From NCBI GenBank assembly GCA_965178125.1, contig OZ237744.1:620001-684000 (forward strand): a stretch of 64,000 bases of DNA, given 5' to 3'. Numbering within the stretch: the first letter of the stretch is position 1; each line of letters begins with the position of its first letter. The position numbers and the translations under genes are program-made. The stretch comes from Bilabrum cf. latius. Its lineage: Eukaryota. Shown in pieces: positions 30,001 to 42,600 of this stretch. The notes beneath the pieces were generated by a model. It made no database searches. It was not told the origin of the DNA and worked only from the letters and a program-made list of their open reading frames with translations.

Positions 30001-33000
30001 CCAAGCACGTTTCGTTGCACCTTGTCCAAAGCACCTGATAAATCCTTCGCAAACGTGTTCACGTACTGGGTTCCGCCATAAAGAGATGCCCTTGCATCAA
30101 ATATAGTAATCGAGAATCCGAACAAGTATGCCTTCCCGAAAAGTCTGTTCATGATGTCGACTCGAAAGAACCCGTCAAAAAGGCCGATTCGGAAGGCAGC
30201 CTAGTTCCGCAGCGTTAGCTCCATGTGAGCTCCGATGAAAGTATTCCCGAAGGAACGCTTGTGTCGCGTGTCTTTCCCGAGAACGACATTGATGAGAGTG
30301 AACACGCCAAGACGACGAGCTCGGTGAGTCATGGCTGTGGCGGTTGCGGACCTTCGCCTGAGTCTGCGACCAGATCCACCATCTGTAGGCAGAGTGTGCA
30401 TAGCATGTGGTGCAGATGCAAATGCCACGGCTTCCAATGATTCAACGAGAGAACCTGCCTCCGTGCCGCGCCACACGTTTTGAAGCTCTCCTGGATGCAT
30501 TCCGTACGGCATGGCACCAAGTGCCTCGTCGTTGAAAAGCCTGCTGCGGTGCGCGTCTGCTGCATGATGCGACGCTCCGGACTCACCAGTTTCAAGAAGC
30601 GAGCGAAGACGCCTTCCTTGGCCATACGGAGAGAACCTGCTGGTCATTCCATCCTCGGAAAGGATCCGGCGATGCTCATGGCCCAGGTGCATCGCTAGGA
30701 AGGAGTGTATCTCGTGCAGCAGCTCTGAACGCCGAGTGCAAGCCACGGAGCATTCACCGGCGCATCGCTTCGCGGTCATTCCACGCTTCAGCTTGCAAAG
30801 CGGGGAACTTGCACGGCAAGCCTTAATGCAACTGTCTTGGTCAGCCTCGTGTAGATTGCTACGTTCAACGAACCCAAGAAGGGAATCAATCGTGTCCTCC
30901 CTGGGAGTCTTCATCATAGCTAGAGGAGAGGATGGCATTATTGCTTCACCTGAATCCTAGACCCTGTCAGACGCACCTTGGGACGAGAACATGAACGTGA
31001 GACCACCCATGGCAGCCAGTTTCGCATCTGGGTCTGGGTCAGCGAGGACAGTTTCCAGCAGGACATCCTCGGCAGACGGCACCGGCCCGGTTTCAAAACG
31101 CAGCCGGCGACCCGCCCGAGCACGTGGACGAGCGGGTGCGGCGACCCATTCCAGGACTGGGTGTGCCTGTCTTCCTGCAGACGCAGCACCGGGGCAAGTC
31201 AGCCCGCCAAGCTGACTGGCCAGGGGCTGTGGCTGACTGGATGATACATCATCGCCACCTTGATCTGCTAGCATCCTTGCAGTTGGAAGACCCTGGAACA
31301 TGGAGCACAGCGTACAGCTGCTGTCAGCTGAACTTGGTGATGACTGTGATAGAATGCGGTGATTCCCATTGCCCAACTTGAACTCGGCGACATCTCCATC
31401 CAATACTGACAATGCGTTCCCCGTGTGGATAGCAATCGCAGCTGACAAAGCAAGTCCATGCTCTCCCCCATGCAAGTGTAAGGACTCTTCGATGTGCTTC
31501 AATTCGCGCGGCTAAGAGGCCGTATTCGAAGCACGCAGGCTGTCCTGACCGGACTGCTCCACTGCGTCGTCTGGATGGTGCCTCGCGAGCACAGCCAGAG
31601 CAACGGCTCGAATGTTCCGATGCGGGTAATTGAGCAGCTCGCCGGCAGCTCTCACTCCTGCAGGGTGGCGAAGGTTCCCAAGTGCCATCAGAACTGTGAT
31701 TGCCTTGTGAGCAGCCGACTGGAACGAGTCGCGCAATAGCGTGGTGGCAGCCTCAGTCTCGGCACTCTCAACTTCGCCATCGATGTGGCCTGCTCCATCC
31801 GACGATGATACACGAGACATCTCTGCAACAGCCTAAGCTACTTCTGCCTCCAGGTGCTGCTCAAACAAATCGTCCCGAAGGGCCTCAATGCCCATCGCTG
31901 CAAGCTCGTGCAATGACGATGCGGATTTGGGGCAGTGAGCAGCAGCGGGCCAACTCGCGTTCAGATAACCAGTAGATGCAGCCGATCCGATCCACCTTCG
32001 GACATCATCCTCGTGCATGCCGCTCCCCTGTGCCATCCACCGAACCCGAAAGCGCTCTGCAGCGCGCACGACAGGCTCTGATGCAGCCGACCCGTTGGAC
32101 GGTAGGGCGCTGGAACCATCGTTGCCTTGTGCCCACAGCTAGACAGCGTCATCCAGAGCTCGCAATCGAAGGCGACGATGCGGCTACAGGGCTTGAACCG
32201 CGTCTTCATGTGCTGATTGAAGCCTCTGCGCAGCCCTATCCCGCAGAGCAAGCCAACGAGAGTGAACACTGTGCGCTTCGATAGATGAGCCAGCAAGCTA
32301 TGCAAGGTCGGGATCAGCCAAAACATCTCCTGCGGTGATCCTCTCTGCTAAGTTTCTTGCTTCCTGCAGAGATCGCTGCTTCGAGCGAAGGCTGCGACCG
32401 TCGGCACTCTGAACACCAAACGCCTCAGATTCGAGCAAGAGAGAGTCAGCAGTCCTGCGGTAGCTTCTTCCCGCCTGCTTCTGTCCAGAGTACACCGCAG
32501 CTGCCAGCGCCATGTGTGCCTGAGACAGCAGCTTGGCACCACTGCCCAGGCTGCCTGCACTGGCTTGCAGGGACTGAGCATCGCCATCCTCAGCCATGGA
32601 CACCAGAGCATCGAGAGCTTCGATCGCCTCAATGCTGGGAGAATCCACAGAGGGTAGCGCGTCGATGGCAGCTTCAAGCGCCATCTAAGACTTGAATTGT
32701 ACGCCGTGTCGCAGTACGTCAACTACAAGGTTAGTAGCCAACGCGTGCGCCTTCCGCGCGCTTCCCCTGGTGTCCACGTCTACAAGGGAAGTCATGGATG
32801 ATACAAGGATGCTCGTCTCGCGATGTGAGGGCTGCAGCTAGACAAGAGGCAGCAGCATCGATGCCTCCCGGGAAATACTCTGCATGGCCTCGTGACTGCT
32901 CGCAGGCAAGCTGGAGTTGTCTGCCATGGTGGAGGCGCGCGTAACCGCTTCTACGCACCTCGACGAAGGGCCATTGAAAGCAGCGTCTGCGGACTGCTGC

Positions 33001-34904
33001 ATGTAGCCACTCTCGCTTGCGACCGGCGCAATTTCGTCGTATAGGCCGAGCAGCGCACTAGCTGTTGCATCTGATAGGATCGAATGCAGTAGCTTAGGGC
33101 GCAAACAAGCGTCCTGTACCAATGCGGCGTGCGCAGCAGCCACCGCGGCGGGACATCGCAGCGCAGCGTTCCTCAGGTAGATGAGGACCTTGTTCGGAGC
33201 CATGTCGCTCCAATCACCGCTTGGTTCCCCGCCTTCTGACGACAGTGGCTCGTTACTGAGGCCATCGAGGTCGTAATCCTCACCGGCATCGGCGGCGGCA
33301 GCTGCTCCAAGTGGGTCCCCTGCACTGTCATCTTGATGGCTGAGGCCGTGCTCGTGCACATGGGGCTGCACCGCACTGTCGTTGTGATACGTGTCTGGCA
33401 ACGACCTCAACAGCCAAACGATGCGGCGAGACATGGCATGCAGGGAACAAGTTCTCTTGCTGGACTTCTGTGCGCGGGACGTCTCGGCATGCTCAGACTC
33501 GTCCATGTGCCACGTGGCCCGCGACCCACCGCCGTGCGCCCTGGCTTGTGCTGCCGCATCTGCAGCATCCTCGCCAGAAATTACCTCTTCGCTCCACTCT
33601 CCAGCCTCCTGGGCCAGTTCAACGTGTAGGGCGACGTCTGGGACTACTGGAACAGGGACGAGCGAGTCCTCTGGGCGGGCTGACTGCGCCGACTCACCGC
33701 CACCCAGCAAAACCCGGTGGTTGTGATGCCCCCCACTCCCAGGCTCGCGACCCTGGATCAGGTAGTCGGGGTGTCCAGCATAAAGCTCGTCATGAAGGGT
33801 GCCTTCCTCCCCAATTCTCTCGATCGAGAGCTGCCTCAGCTCTGCCCGCACCATCCGCTCGTGGTGTTGGTCGGGGGCAAATGGCCAGTGCATGCTAGGC
33901 CGGCGCCTTGACTCCGCATCCGCTGCGTCCTGGTCGAAGAACGGATCCTTGCGGCCGTGCGCGCCGGCTGCCTCGTCCTGCCCGTGGCCTTGCATGTCTG
34001 CTCTGCCCATGCCGGCGCCGGGAATTGAGACGAGTGTGGTGTGCCGCACGCGGCCTGGCAGGCGGGAGTTGCTGTGAGCTGCGAGAGCGCCTCCAGTAGT
34101 AAATGCACTCCAGTCTGCTTCTTGCACCGATGAAGTCCTGGGCGCCCCCCCGTGGGGATCCAGCTGGCTAGCTCCGTGGGGTGCAGACACGGTGGCGTCA
34201 GCTGACGTGCCTTGGGCCCCCCTTCGGACGTAGTCGCGGTGCGTGATGATCTTGCGGGAGGTGGCGCCCTGATGCACGTATGAGGCGGCGTACACTCCGG
34301 AAGAATCGCGTTCGATGGCGGTGTGTACTGGAGCGGCTGGGGGTGGCACAGCACCTTCGGTCCGCTCGTGCCACGCGGGCTTGGGGCCGTTTTGCAGCAT
34401 GCCAAAGATGCCCCGCTTCAATATGGCAGAGTCCTCAAACTCTGAACTGCTCAAAAACACGCCAAGAAGGCCTCCCGTGGAGCATTGATACTCTGCCATG
34501 GCAGGGTACGTGCCGTGCTTTCGTGCCTCAGACTCAACTCGAGGCGACCGTACAAACGGTTGGTCCAATCCCCAATCGTAGATCTCATGACCAGGAAAGG
34601 ATGCAGTTCGCACGTCGTCAATCACCAAATCAACGAAAACTGAACCGTTGCTTGGATGGGACGGTCCGCAACCCTGAGATTCGCGCGTGGAAAAGCGCAC
34701 CCAATTTGATTGCCTCGCGCTCGTTCCGTGCGAGGACTCCAGCGATGATCCAATGTCCAGCAATCCAACCCAGTCAGATTCAAAAGAGAAGCGAATGCCT
34801 AGCTAAGCAGGCTTTGCGGCTACCGCCACATGGAGCTAAACGACCAACGAAAAAACGCAAGCCATTGCTGCGGCTAGGGCCGCTCGGCGCCTGGATAACT
34901 CCAT
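1..34904 (-). CDS. Giant secreted multidomain protein (>=11,634 aa, 3' end outside window): signal peptide, vitellogenin-N/LLT-like module, apolipoprotein-like helices, many FN3/Ig-like modules, FG-GAP, GPS/ZU5-like and PKD-like domains; requires TAG read as sense
   Basis: About 45 minus-strand ORFs from 561..1859 to 32838..34763 share one frame (low coordinate divisible by 3). Every terminator I checked is TAG, and the inter-ORF gaps I translated by hand (including 1-560) contain no in-frame TAA/TGA. ATG at 34904 gives MELSRRRAALAAAMACVFSLVV*LHVAVAA, which is signal-peptide-like; alternative ATG at 34865. The motif DxxPP...WxxFxDxESGI..Y..GT.PG..D continues across the TAGs. Confidence 0.9.
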
Positions 34905-35324
34905 TGCAGCACAAATAGTGCTTTGAGTCTAGGCAGGTATTTCTTGCAAGTGCTTCAAGAGGATCGCAAGCAGGCTTTCAGAAAGCTAACCCTACGTCCT
35001 AGAACAACGTTCCACCAGGCGGCAACTATGCCGTTTCTAGATTCTGTACCAAGAGCCGGAGTTTTAGGATCTCTTATCCCGATATTCTGTACTTCGGGCA
35101 ACAATTACCCAATATAAGTTGTTTGATTTACCTGGGAACAGGTGTGAAGAGCAGAACTTCCAGGATACGACGATTTGCGACCAGAACTGCACTTGGTAAA
35201 AGTATCATTCGGAATTTTATCTAATATATCGGTATTTAATCAGTGTAGTTTTTAAACCCTGTTGACGGCGGTCATTCGCCAGTTGGAGCGACATTCTGCA
35301 GGCCTTACCAAGTAGACGGCAACG
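34905..35324. promoter_or_regulatory. Divergent intergenic region between the giant gene and UBA1 (probable bidirectional promoter)
   Basis: 420 bp between oppositely oriented start codons, with an AT-rich core around 35200-35260. Confidence 0.5.
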
Positions 35325-38300
35325 ATGGCTGCAAGCGGTAGTGGAGCTGCTTCTGGAGCAGGAGATGGGAAAGGATCCGTTGATATGGACCTTTACTCTA
35401 GGCAAATTGGAGTATACGGTCTCGAAACGTAAGCGAGCAATTCTCGGAGAATGAAATGCGTCAATAATTTCGTTTTATCGAAACGAATCAACTGCATGAT
35501 ATGTTTGATAGTGCTTATGCTGATGTGCTTATTTCGAGAATCAAGATTAGAACGGTTGGACGGATCAATGGCCGTTCCCAGCTGCCCGAGAAAACGCGAG
35601 TGCTTCGCCGGCCCGATTTCTTCACCACAGTATGAGCAAGCTGGTCCGCACTAGCGTTCTAGTCTTGGGAGAGCTGAGAGGTCTTGGGGTCGAGATTGCT
35701 AAGAACATCGTGCTGGCAGGGCCACGGCGCGTTTCTATTCTCGACAGCTCCGCCTGCCAAGCACGGGATGAAGGTGTGAATGTGAGGAATTCCGATGCGT
35801 TGATTATCTCTATTTGTAGCATTGCATGTTTCCGTGGCCCGATGGTCCATGATCTGCTGGTATTCACCGTGTTTGCCAAGTGTTGCAATTCGCAGTACTA
35901 CATTAGCGCGGAAGATGCGAAGGCTGGCACCCGCAGAGACGTGGCAGTTGCTCCACGCCTGGCAGAATTGAACGACTACGTTCTAGTTGGCATCCCTGTC
36001 GCCGCCGATGGCTCCAACAAGCGCGTGGATCCCGCCGCCAAAGAGGCCCCGGCCGGCTCGTGCGCGTCGCTTGACGACGTCACAGCGGCTGTGATCTCGC
36101 AGTTTGACGTGGTCATTTGCGTGGGTAACGTGGGCCGCAAGGCAGCAGAACGCATTGACGCGCTATGCCGCGCGAACCCTCGCCCCTCGCTGGCCCACGA
36201 GGCCAACGAGAACGTCCGGAACCAGACAACCGTGTTCATCGAGTCCTCGGTGCGCGGGCTGGCCGGGAGGATCTTCTGCGACTTTGGAAAGGGACACTTG
36301 ATCTCTGACGCTGACGGCCAGCAGCCGCACACGGTGGTGGTAGAGGGCGTGAGCCGAGACGAGCAGGCGGTGGTGTTCGTGGACGCATCCAAGAGCGGGA
36401 GGGTGGAGCAGGGCGAGTACATCAAGTTCAGAGACGTGAAGGGCATGAAGGAGCTGGAAGGCATCAAGGCGTGCAAGGTGGTCAAAGTGGACCCCGGGTC
36501 TAGCACTCTCACGATCGACGTGGACACCCGCGAGTTTGGGGAGTTCCAGTAGGGCAATGCCTCGGCCGTTGTGGTGAAAGTACCCTTCGCTGCAGACTTC
36601 CCCTCCCTGGCAGACTCGAGGAAGAAGCCCATTCCTGGAGACGATGGACCCGGTGGAGGGATGTGGCACTGGTTCGACTTTTCCCAGATGGCCAACCCTG
36701 CCCTCGGGCACGTGGCACATGCCGCCATCGACGACTGGGTGGATGAGAACCCCAGCAAGGCCGTCCCCGTCAATGACGCTGCCTTCGAGGACTGGGTGGT
36801 GGAGAAGACCAAGGCGATCGCAGCTGCCGAAATCGACGAGGCTTGCAAACCACCCATGTCGGCCGAGGACGGCAAGGCCTACTCGGAGCAGGAAGAGGCC
36901 GTGATTCGCGAGATCGCTCGCGGGGCAGGTGCCGAGGCGCAGCCGCTGGCAGCCTTCTTCGGCGGCTTTGCAGCCCAGGAGGCCGTGAAGGTGACGGGGC
37001 GTTACACCCCCTTGCGGCCTTACATCTACTACGATGGGGTGCTGGCGCTGCCGTGGGACATTCTTGGATCGGATCGATCCGAGACCGAATTCACGTATCG
37101 CATCGACGGTGCGCCCGCCGGCCAGGACCCGAAGGAGGCAGCGGCCAAGGCCGAGGTGAGGCCACCGAGGGCAGAGTACTTCGCGAGCAATGCGGATGGT
37201 TTCAAGGCTCGCGGGGACCGATACGATGACCTGAGGGCAGTCTTCGGGCAGGCGATACTGGACAAGCTGGCGGCACAGAGGATTTTCCTGGTGGGCGCCG
37301 GTGCTCTCGGCTGCGAGCTCCTCAAGAACTTCGCGCTGCTCGGTGTTTCTACCGGGAAGGGTGCACGCATCACTGTGACCGACATGGACCGCATCGAGAA
37401 CAGCAACCTGAACAGGCAGTTCCTCTTTCGCAAGGCCGACGTGAGCAGCCCCAAGTCGGTGACGGCGGCCCGCGCTGCCATGGCGATGAACAAGTCGATG
37501 CTTGTGGAGGCCCTCGAGGTGCGGGCGGCCCCTGACACGGAGCAGACGTTTACGGACGAGTTCTGGGACAGTCTCACCACTGTGATCCCCGCGCTGGACA
37601 ACATGAAGGCGAGGAAGTACATCGACTCGAAGTGCGTGTGGCACGGGCGCCCCATGGTGGAGAGCGGCACCCTCGGCACTCAGTGCTCGCTCCAGGTCGT
37701 GCTGCCTCACCAGACGTGCAGCTACTCCGAGAACGCGGATCCGCCGGAGAAAGAGACTCCCCTGTGCACGCTGAAGAACTTCCCATACGAAATGGACCAC
37801 TGCATCGAGTGGGCGCGAGACAAGTTCGAGGGTCTCTTCGTGCAGAGCGCGCAGGAGGCTGCCAAGTTCTGCGCGGATCCCGCTGGCTGGCTCACAGAGC
37901 TGGGTCAAGAGGCCTCTCAGAAGGGACAGCTCGTCAAGGTCACCAAGACCCTGGAGGTGCTCGAGGCGGCGTCCGAGGGAACGTTCGCCGCATGCGTGCG
38001 TCTCGCCATTCGGGATTTCCACGCTGACTTCAACCTGAGGATCAGGAAGCTGATCCATCAGTTCCCTGAGGACTATGAGACCAAGACTGGCAAGTTTTGG
38101 TCCGGAACCAAGCGGTTCCCAGCTGCCGCCAGCTTCGACTTCAACGACCGGATGCACCGCGCGTACGTGGCGCATGCTGCGTCCATCCTTGCCGACTCGC
38201 TTGGCATCAAGGTACCGGAGGACGTGGAGGTGTGGATTGCCCCCCAGCCTGAACCTGAGGCTGCTGCTGCTGCTGCCGCGGCAGGCAGCAAGGGCACGGA

Positions 38301-39306
38301 AGCCCTACCTGTTGACCCCGCTCTTGAGGGCATGTGCGCCGCGGCGACTGGCGACCTGCAGCCGTTCCAGCCCGCCAAGATGGAGCTGAAGCAGAAGGAG
38401 GGTGGGGGCGAAGAGCTGGTCGAGGTCGACGACGAAAAAGCCACGGCCCAAGAACTCGCAGAAGCGAAGGCTCGCCTCGTCGCCAGGTTCGGGGACGGCA
38501 CGGAGGGAGCAGAGGCCCCGAGCAGTGCCGCCCGCGGTGCCGTGTCGAGCAAGATTGTTCCGGCCGAGTTCGAAAAGGACGACGACTCCAACCACCACAT
38601 CGACTACTGCACGGCTGCCTCCAACCTCCGGGCTGCCAACTACAGGATTCCACAGGCGCCCCGGCACGAGGTGAAGCGCATTGCGGGTCGGATCACCCCG
38701 GCAGTCGCGACGGCCACGTGCTCCATCACCGGCCTCGTCTGCCTCGAGCTACTCAAGCTCGTGCAGGGCGGCATCGTGCCCAAGTGCAGGTACCGCCAGG
38801 GCGCCATTAACCTGGGCAAGATCGGTGGGCAGCTCTCCGAGCCCGGGGCGCCCAAGCGCACGAAGAGTGTCGAGATGGACCCCACGCTGTTCATGCCGAT
38901 CCGGGCGGTGCCGGAGGGTTTCACTACTTGGGACAGGATCGTGATCAACAAGGACGACGTGGCAGCTAAGGGTGACCTCACCTTCCAGGAATTCCTGGAT
39001 GCGGTGTCTGCAGAGCTGCCAGAGGGCGTGTCGGCTTCTGAGATCGTAGCTGGAGGCATGATCTTGCACAGCCCCGCCATGTTCGCCGCCCACAAGGAGA
39101 ACCTGCCCAAGCCTCTGTACGCGCGCTGGGCGCAGCGCGATCCTGACAGCGCCAAGATGCTCGGAGATCGGCCGTACCTCGTCCTGTCGGTGCAGGCCGA
39201 AGACAGCGAGGCGACCGAGTGCCACATCCCGGTAGTGCAGTACTACTTCAGAGACCCTGCGAGCCAGGGAGCGGCTGGAGGGGCAGCCACTGGTGGAGGG
39301 CAGTAA
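35325..39306 (+). CDS. UBA1: Ubiquitin-activating enzyme E1 (UBA1-like), ~1,221 aa; exons 35325-35428, 35631-35781, 35896-39306; one in-frame TAG at 36550-36552
   Basis: DLYSRQIGVYG, GLGVEIAKNIVLAG, GDRYD, VGAGALGCELLKNFAL, DMDRIENSNLNRQFLFR, catalytic PLCTLKNFP (Cys at 37765-37767), FEKDDDSNHHID, and a C-terminal ubiquitin-fold region. GT-AG introns 35429-35630 and 35782-35895 restore the E1 alignment. Ends in TAA. Confidence 0.95.
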
Positions 39307-39699
39307 ATCATGCAAACAGAACTTCTATGAAGTTTGAGCTCCAAATTCGTCTCCTACAATTCTTCTACTTCTTCTACATCAGTATTTACCAACAGAATAC
39401 ACCGGGACCCAAAATATCTTGTTATTTAAATAGTAATGTGTAGTTTAGAAAGAATGGGCGTTTCGGTCTCTTGGAGAAATCACAGCATAAAATGGGGACC
39501 AATGGGCCATATATTGACAGACGTATGATCGTACAATCCTTGTGTTGCGTCATCCTTGTGATGTCATTGGTTGTATAGTCTCGTGAGGCCCTGGTGTCCC
39601 AAGAACACCGTTTGGCATCTTCAGCGTTCGCCTGTTGGGCTACCAGAATTGACTGATTCAACAGCACGGCGCACTCCTACGATTAAATTGTTGTGGATT

Positions 39700-42600
39700 A
39701 TGCACTGTCTGGTGTCCAAATTCTTTTCAGCTTGCCTGATAGCTGAGCTATGTTACTTTGCGGGATCGAACCCATTGCTTGTGAGTTTGCCCTCTGCTCT
39801 GTCAATCGCAGGCGACCCATCCCTTGAACCTGATCTCAGTTGCAGCGCGTTGCTCGATAACCATACTTGCTCGGTCCAAGGGTCGGCGGCTGCGAATCTG
39901 TGGGGATGGCACACTTACTCGAATGCCGCGAACTAGATTGACAATACCTACACAGAAATTAGACATCAAACCAGCAGCAGTTCTTACAACTCTGGGCTAC
40001 GCCCAGGCTAGACATACAGAGGGCAAGTCGTAGTGTATGTAACTCCCGGTACTCCGACAACTTGCTCGCCCTCGGGAACGGCTAGCGGTTCGTTCCAAAC
40101 TGCAGCGGTATCAGGAGCTGACAACACGTGGAGAATCTCGGGAAGCCTTCTGTCTTGGAACTTGGAGACTGTTCTCAAGTTCATGAAATCAGACAGAGGC
40201 GCTATCACGGTGATCAGCGAGACCCACCCATCTGGCTGGGACTTTGGCGACGAGGTCGCGCCTGCTACGCGTTTGATCATCCCGCCGCAGAACGCCCACG
40301 ACTTTGTAATTGGGTACAGGAAGCAATTGAAATCAAACGGTCGTGGGCTCCTGAATGTTGTGGATGAGTTCAACGTCAACAACAAGCTCTAGTGCGGGGG
40401 CCAAACGCGCACCTCCATCACGATGGAAGCAATCATTCCATCGTGCGATCCGGGGTACTATTAGATCGGGAGGCAGTGTTACGGCTGCCAGACCGACCAT
40501 TTTAATCCATACTGGTACCAAACGCAGCCCAGAGGCTCGGACCAAGGGGACAATGATCACCCTTGCAAGGTTTGCCTGTCCATCTCCGAGCCGGACGGAT
40601 AGCGGAAAGAGGGCTTTCACTGCAGGTTCTGTCGGCCCGAGCTGGACGACTAGGAGAATCAGTTCGTTCAACCTGGCTTCTGCTTTGCAGACGGTACCTG
40701 CCAAGACCGCTTCACCCAGCAGTTCGACCCCCAGCTGCAGCGGCCGAATCCCTGCATGCAGTGCCTGCCGCAGGTCAACCCATGGGGATACTCCAAAGCC
40801 GATGGGGTCTCATGTGATGACGATGACAAATGCACCAAGAATGACAGGTGCAACGATGGCATCTGCCGAGGCGAGGATGCCGGCTGCTTGACATTGGCTA
40901 GGACAGGCAGGGCTCACGCCGACTGCGAAGTCTGCTCGACGAGGTCTCCAACGGGGTGCGGCGTGAAGCCTGGTTTCCGTGGGTGTGTTGTGCAGGAAGA
41001 CGCAACCGCAGGAACACCAAGATCGTGTGGCTGCTTGATTGGACAGCAGTGCTTCAGGCACGGAGCAGCAAACCCCGAGAATCAGTGCGAGGTGTGCGAT
41101 GTGTCCAGGGACGCGGGTGCGTGGAGCAACAATGACGGGGGTAGGTGCGATGCCGGGGATAAGTGTGTTATTAATGCTCAATGCGTTGCTGGAACGTGCT
41201 AGGGGTCCAGGTATGTATGTCCCACGGGTGCGTGTGTCGCATCAAGTGAGTGCGACGGGGCCGGGGGCTGCAATACCACCTTCTTGTCTCCTGACACGGT
41301 TTGTAGGCCCGGCATAGATGCCTGCAAACCTGAGGTGAGGTGCACTGGTACGACTGCTGCCTGCCCCAGATCCATTGACCTGATCCCCTAGATCTCTTTG
41401 GGGCGGGTTCTACCCGCAGGGGAGCCGCTCAGTGGGGGTGCTGCTGCCACTCCAGAGGACGGTCTCGGCGTGTCCGTGCCACCAGCACCCTCTGCAGTCC
41501 TGACAAGCGATGGTCGGCAGCAGCTGCCATCGCCGGCATTCTTCGGGTTTCCTATGACGCGCGGCATGAACCTAAGCTTGGGACATGGCTCCCCAGGTGA
41601 GGGTCGGAAGATGTCCATTGGTGCCTTTGGCTTTGACGTGACATGCGGCTCGTTGTCATACGAGTGGGGCGTATTCGTCGACTCAACGGGGACACGCAGC
41701 TGTTCAGCAGCTCATGCTAATGCTCTTGTAGACCGCAGCGCTCTGGGAGGCTTCGATACGCTCTAGCGAACGGGTTTGGGCGCCGATGCGGCCGATATTC
41801 CCGTGAGGTGGGCCACTGCGACCGGTGCAGGCGGGCTTGCCGATGGAGATTAGGTCCGTGCTGTGGTGCGAGTGACTACGATTCGAGGCACATCCCGAGT
41901 TGCATGCTCCTTGCCAATTCGCTTGGATGAGTCACCTCCAACCGCTGGTCTTGCTATCGAAGCTGCGCCAGGCCAGGCTGGAGAAAGTACGGTTGAGTCC
42001 GCCATCTAGTTTGCCGCAGCTGCGCCAGGAGCAAGCACTGACTTGTTTGACGCCGATGCTACGGCTTCAAATTCGCTGACGCTTTCTTGGAAGGGCTTTG
42101 ATGACAGTCACAGTGCTTTTGAAGGGAACAGGCTGCAGTACGAGTACTGCGTAGAGCGTGAGGACGGGCCGATGTGCGGTGAGCTGGGATGGACGCCAGC
42201 AGGTCTCGGAACTGGATCTACCGCCACATCGCCTCTGCTTCTGGCGCTCCAGAACGGCATGCGGTATGTTGCACGGATTAGAGGGTACAATCGCGCCGGC
42301 CTTTATGCAGAAGCCGTTACAGACGGTGTGCTGATCGACAGGACCCCTCCTGCTGTGCTGTCCTCCCACCTTGCTGATGTCTCAGTTGCAACTTCTGGTG
42401 ACGTGGCTGCTCCTGCACCCACCTCAGTGTCGGCTCCTGGCACCCCTCGGGCAGTTCGTTTGAGCATTGGTCGGCTCACGGATGCCTCTGATTTCTCAGA
42501 CGCCCGACCTGTGGACACTCTGCGAGCTGCAGTTGTTGTGGCTGCCACCACTGGCGCAGAGGCGGAGCATCGATTCGTTGCAAACGCAGCGCTCGCAGCA

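Noticed and set aside
35782-35895. Hydrophobic insertion in UBA1 (VRNSDALIISICSIACF...) shown in the ORF track
   Set aside because: It is a 114-nt stop-free GT-AG intron; removing it restores the E1 alignment (DEGVN/YYISAED).
36550-36552. Pyrrolysine insertion or programmed single-site readthrough
   Set aside because: TAG occurs in many unrelated genes and sequence contexts in an intron-containing eukaryote and aligns with Gln-like positions. No pyl genes or shared readthrough context were seen.
36163-38175. 670-aa minus-strand ORF and other long antisense ORFs (e.g. 35976-36875, 20017-20862, 25323-26129, 27690-28319)
   Set aside because: These are antisense shadows of GC3-rich real genes with no recognisable motifs.
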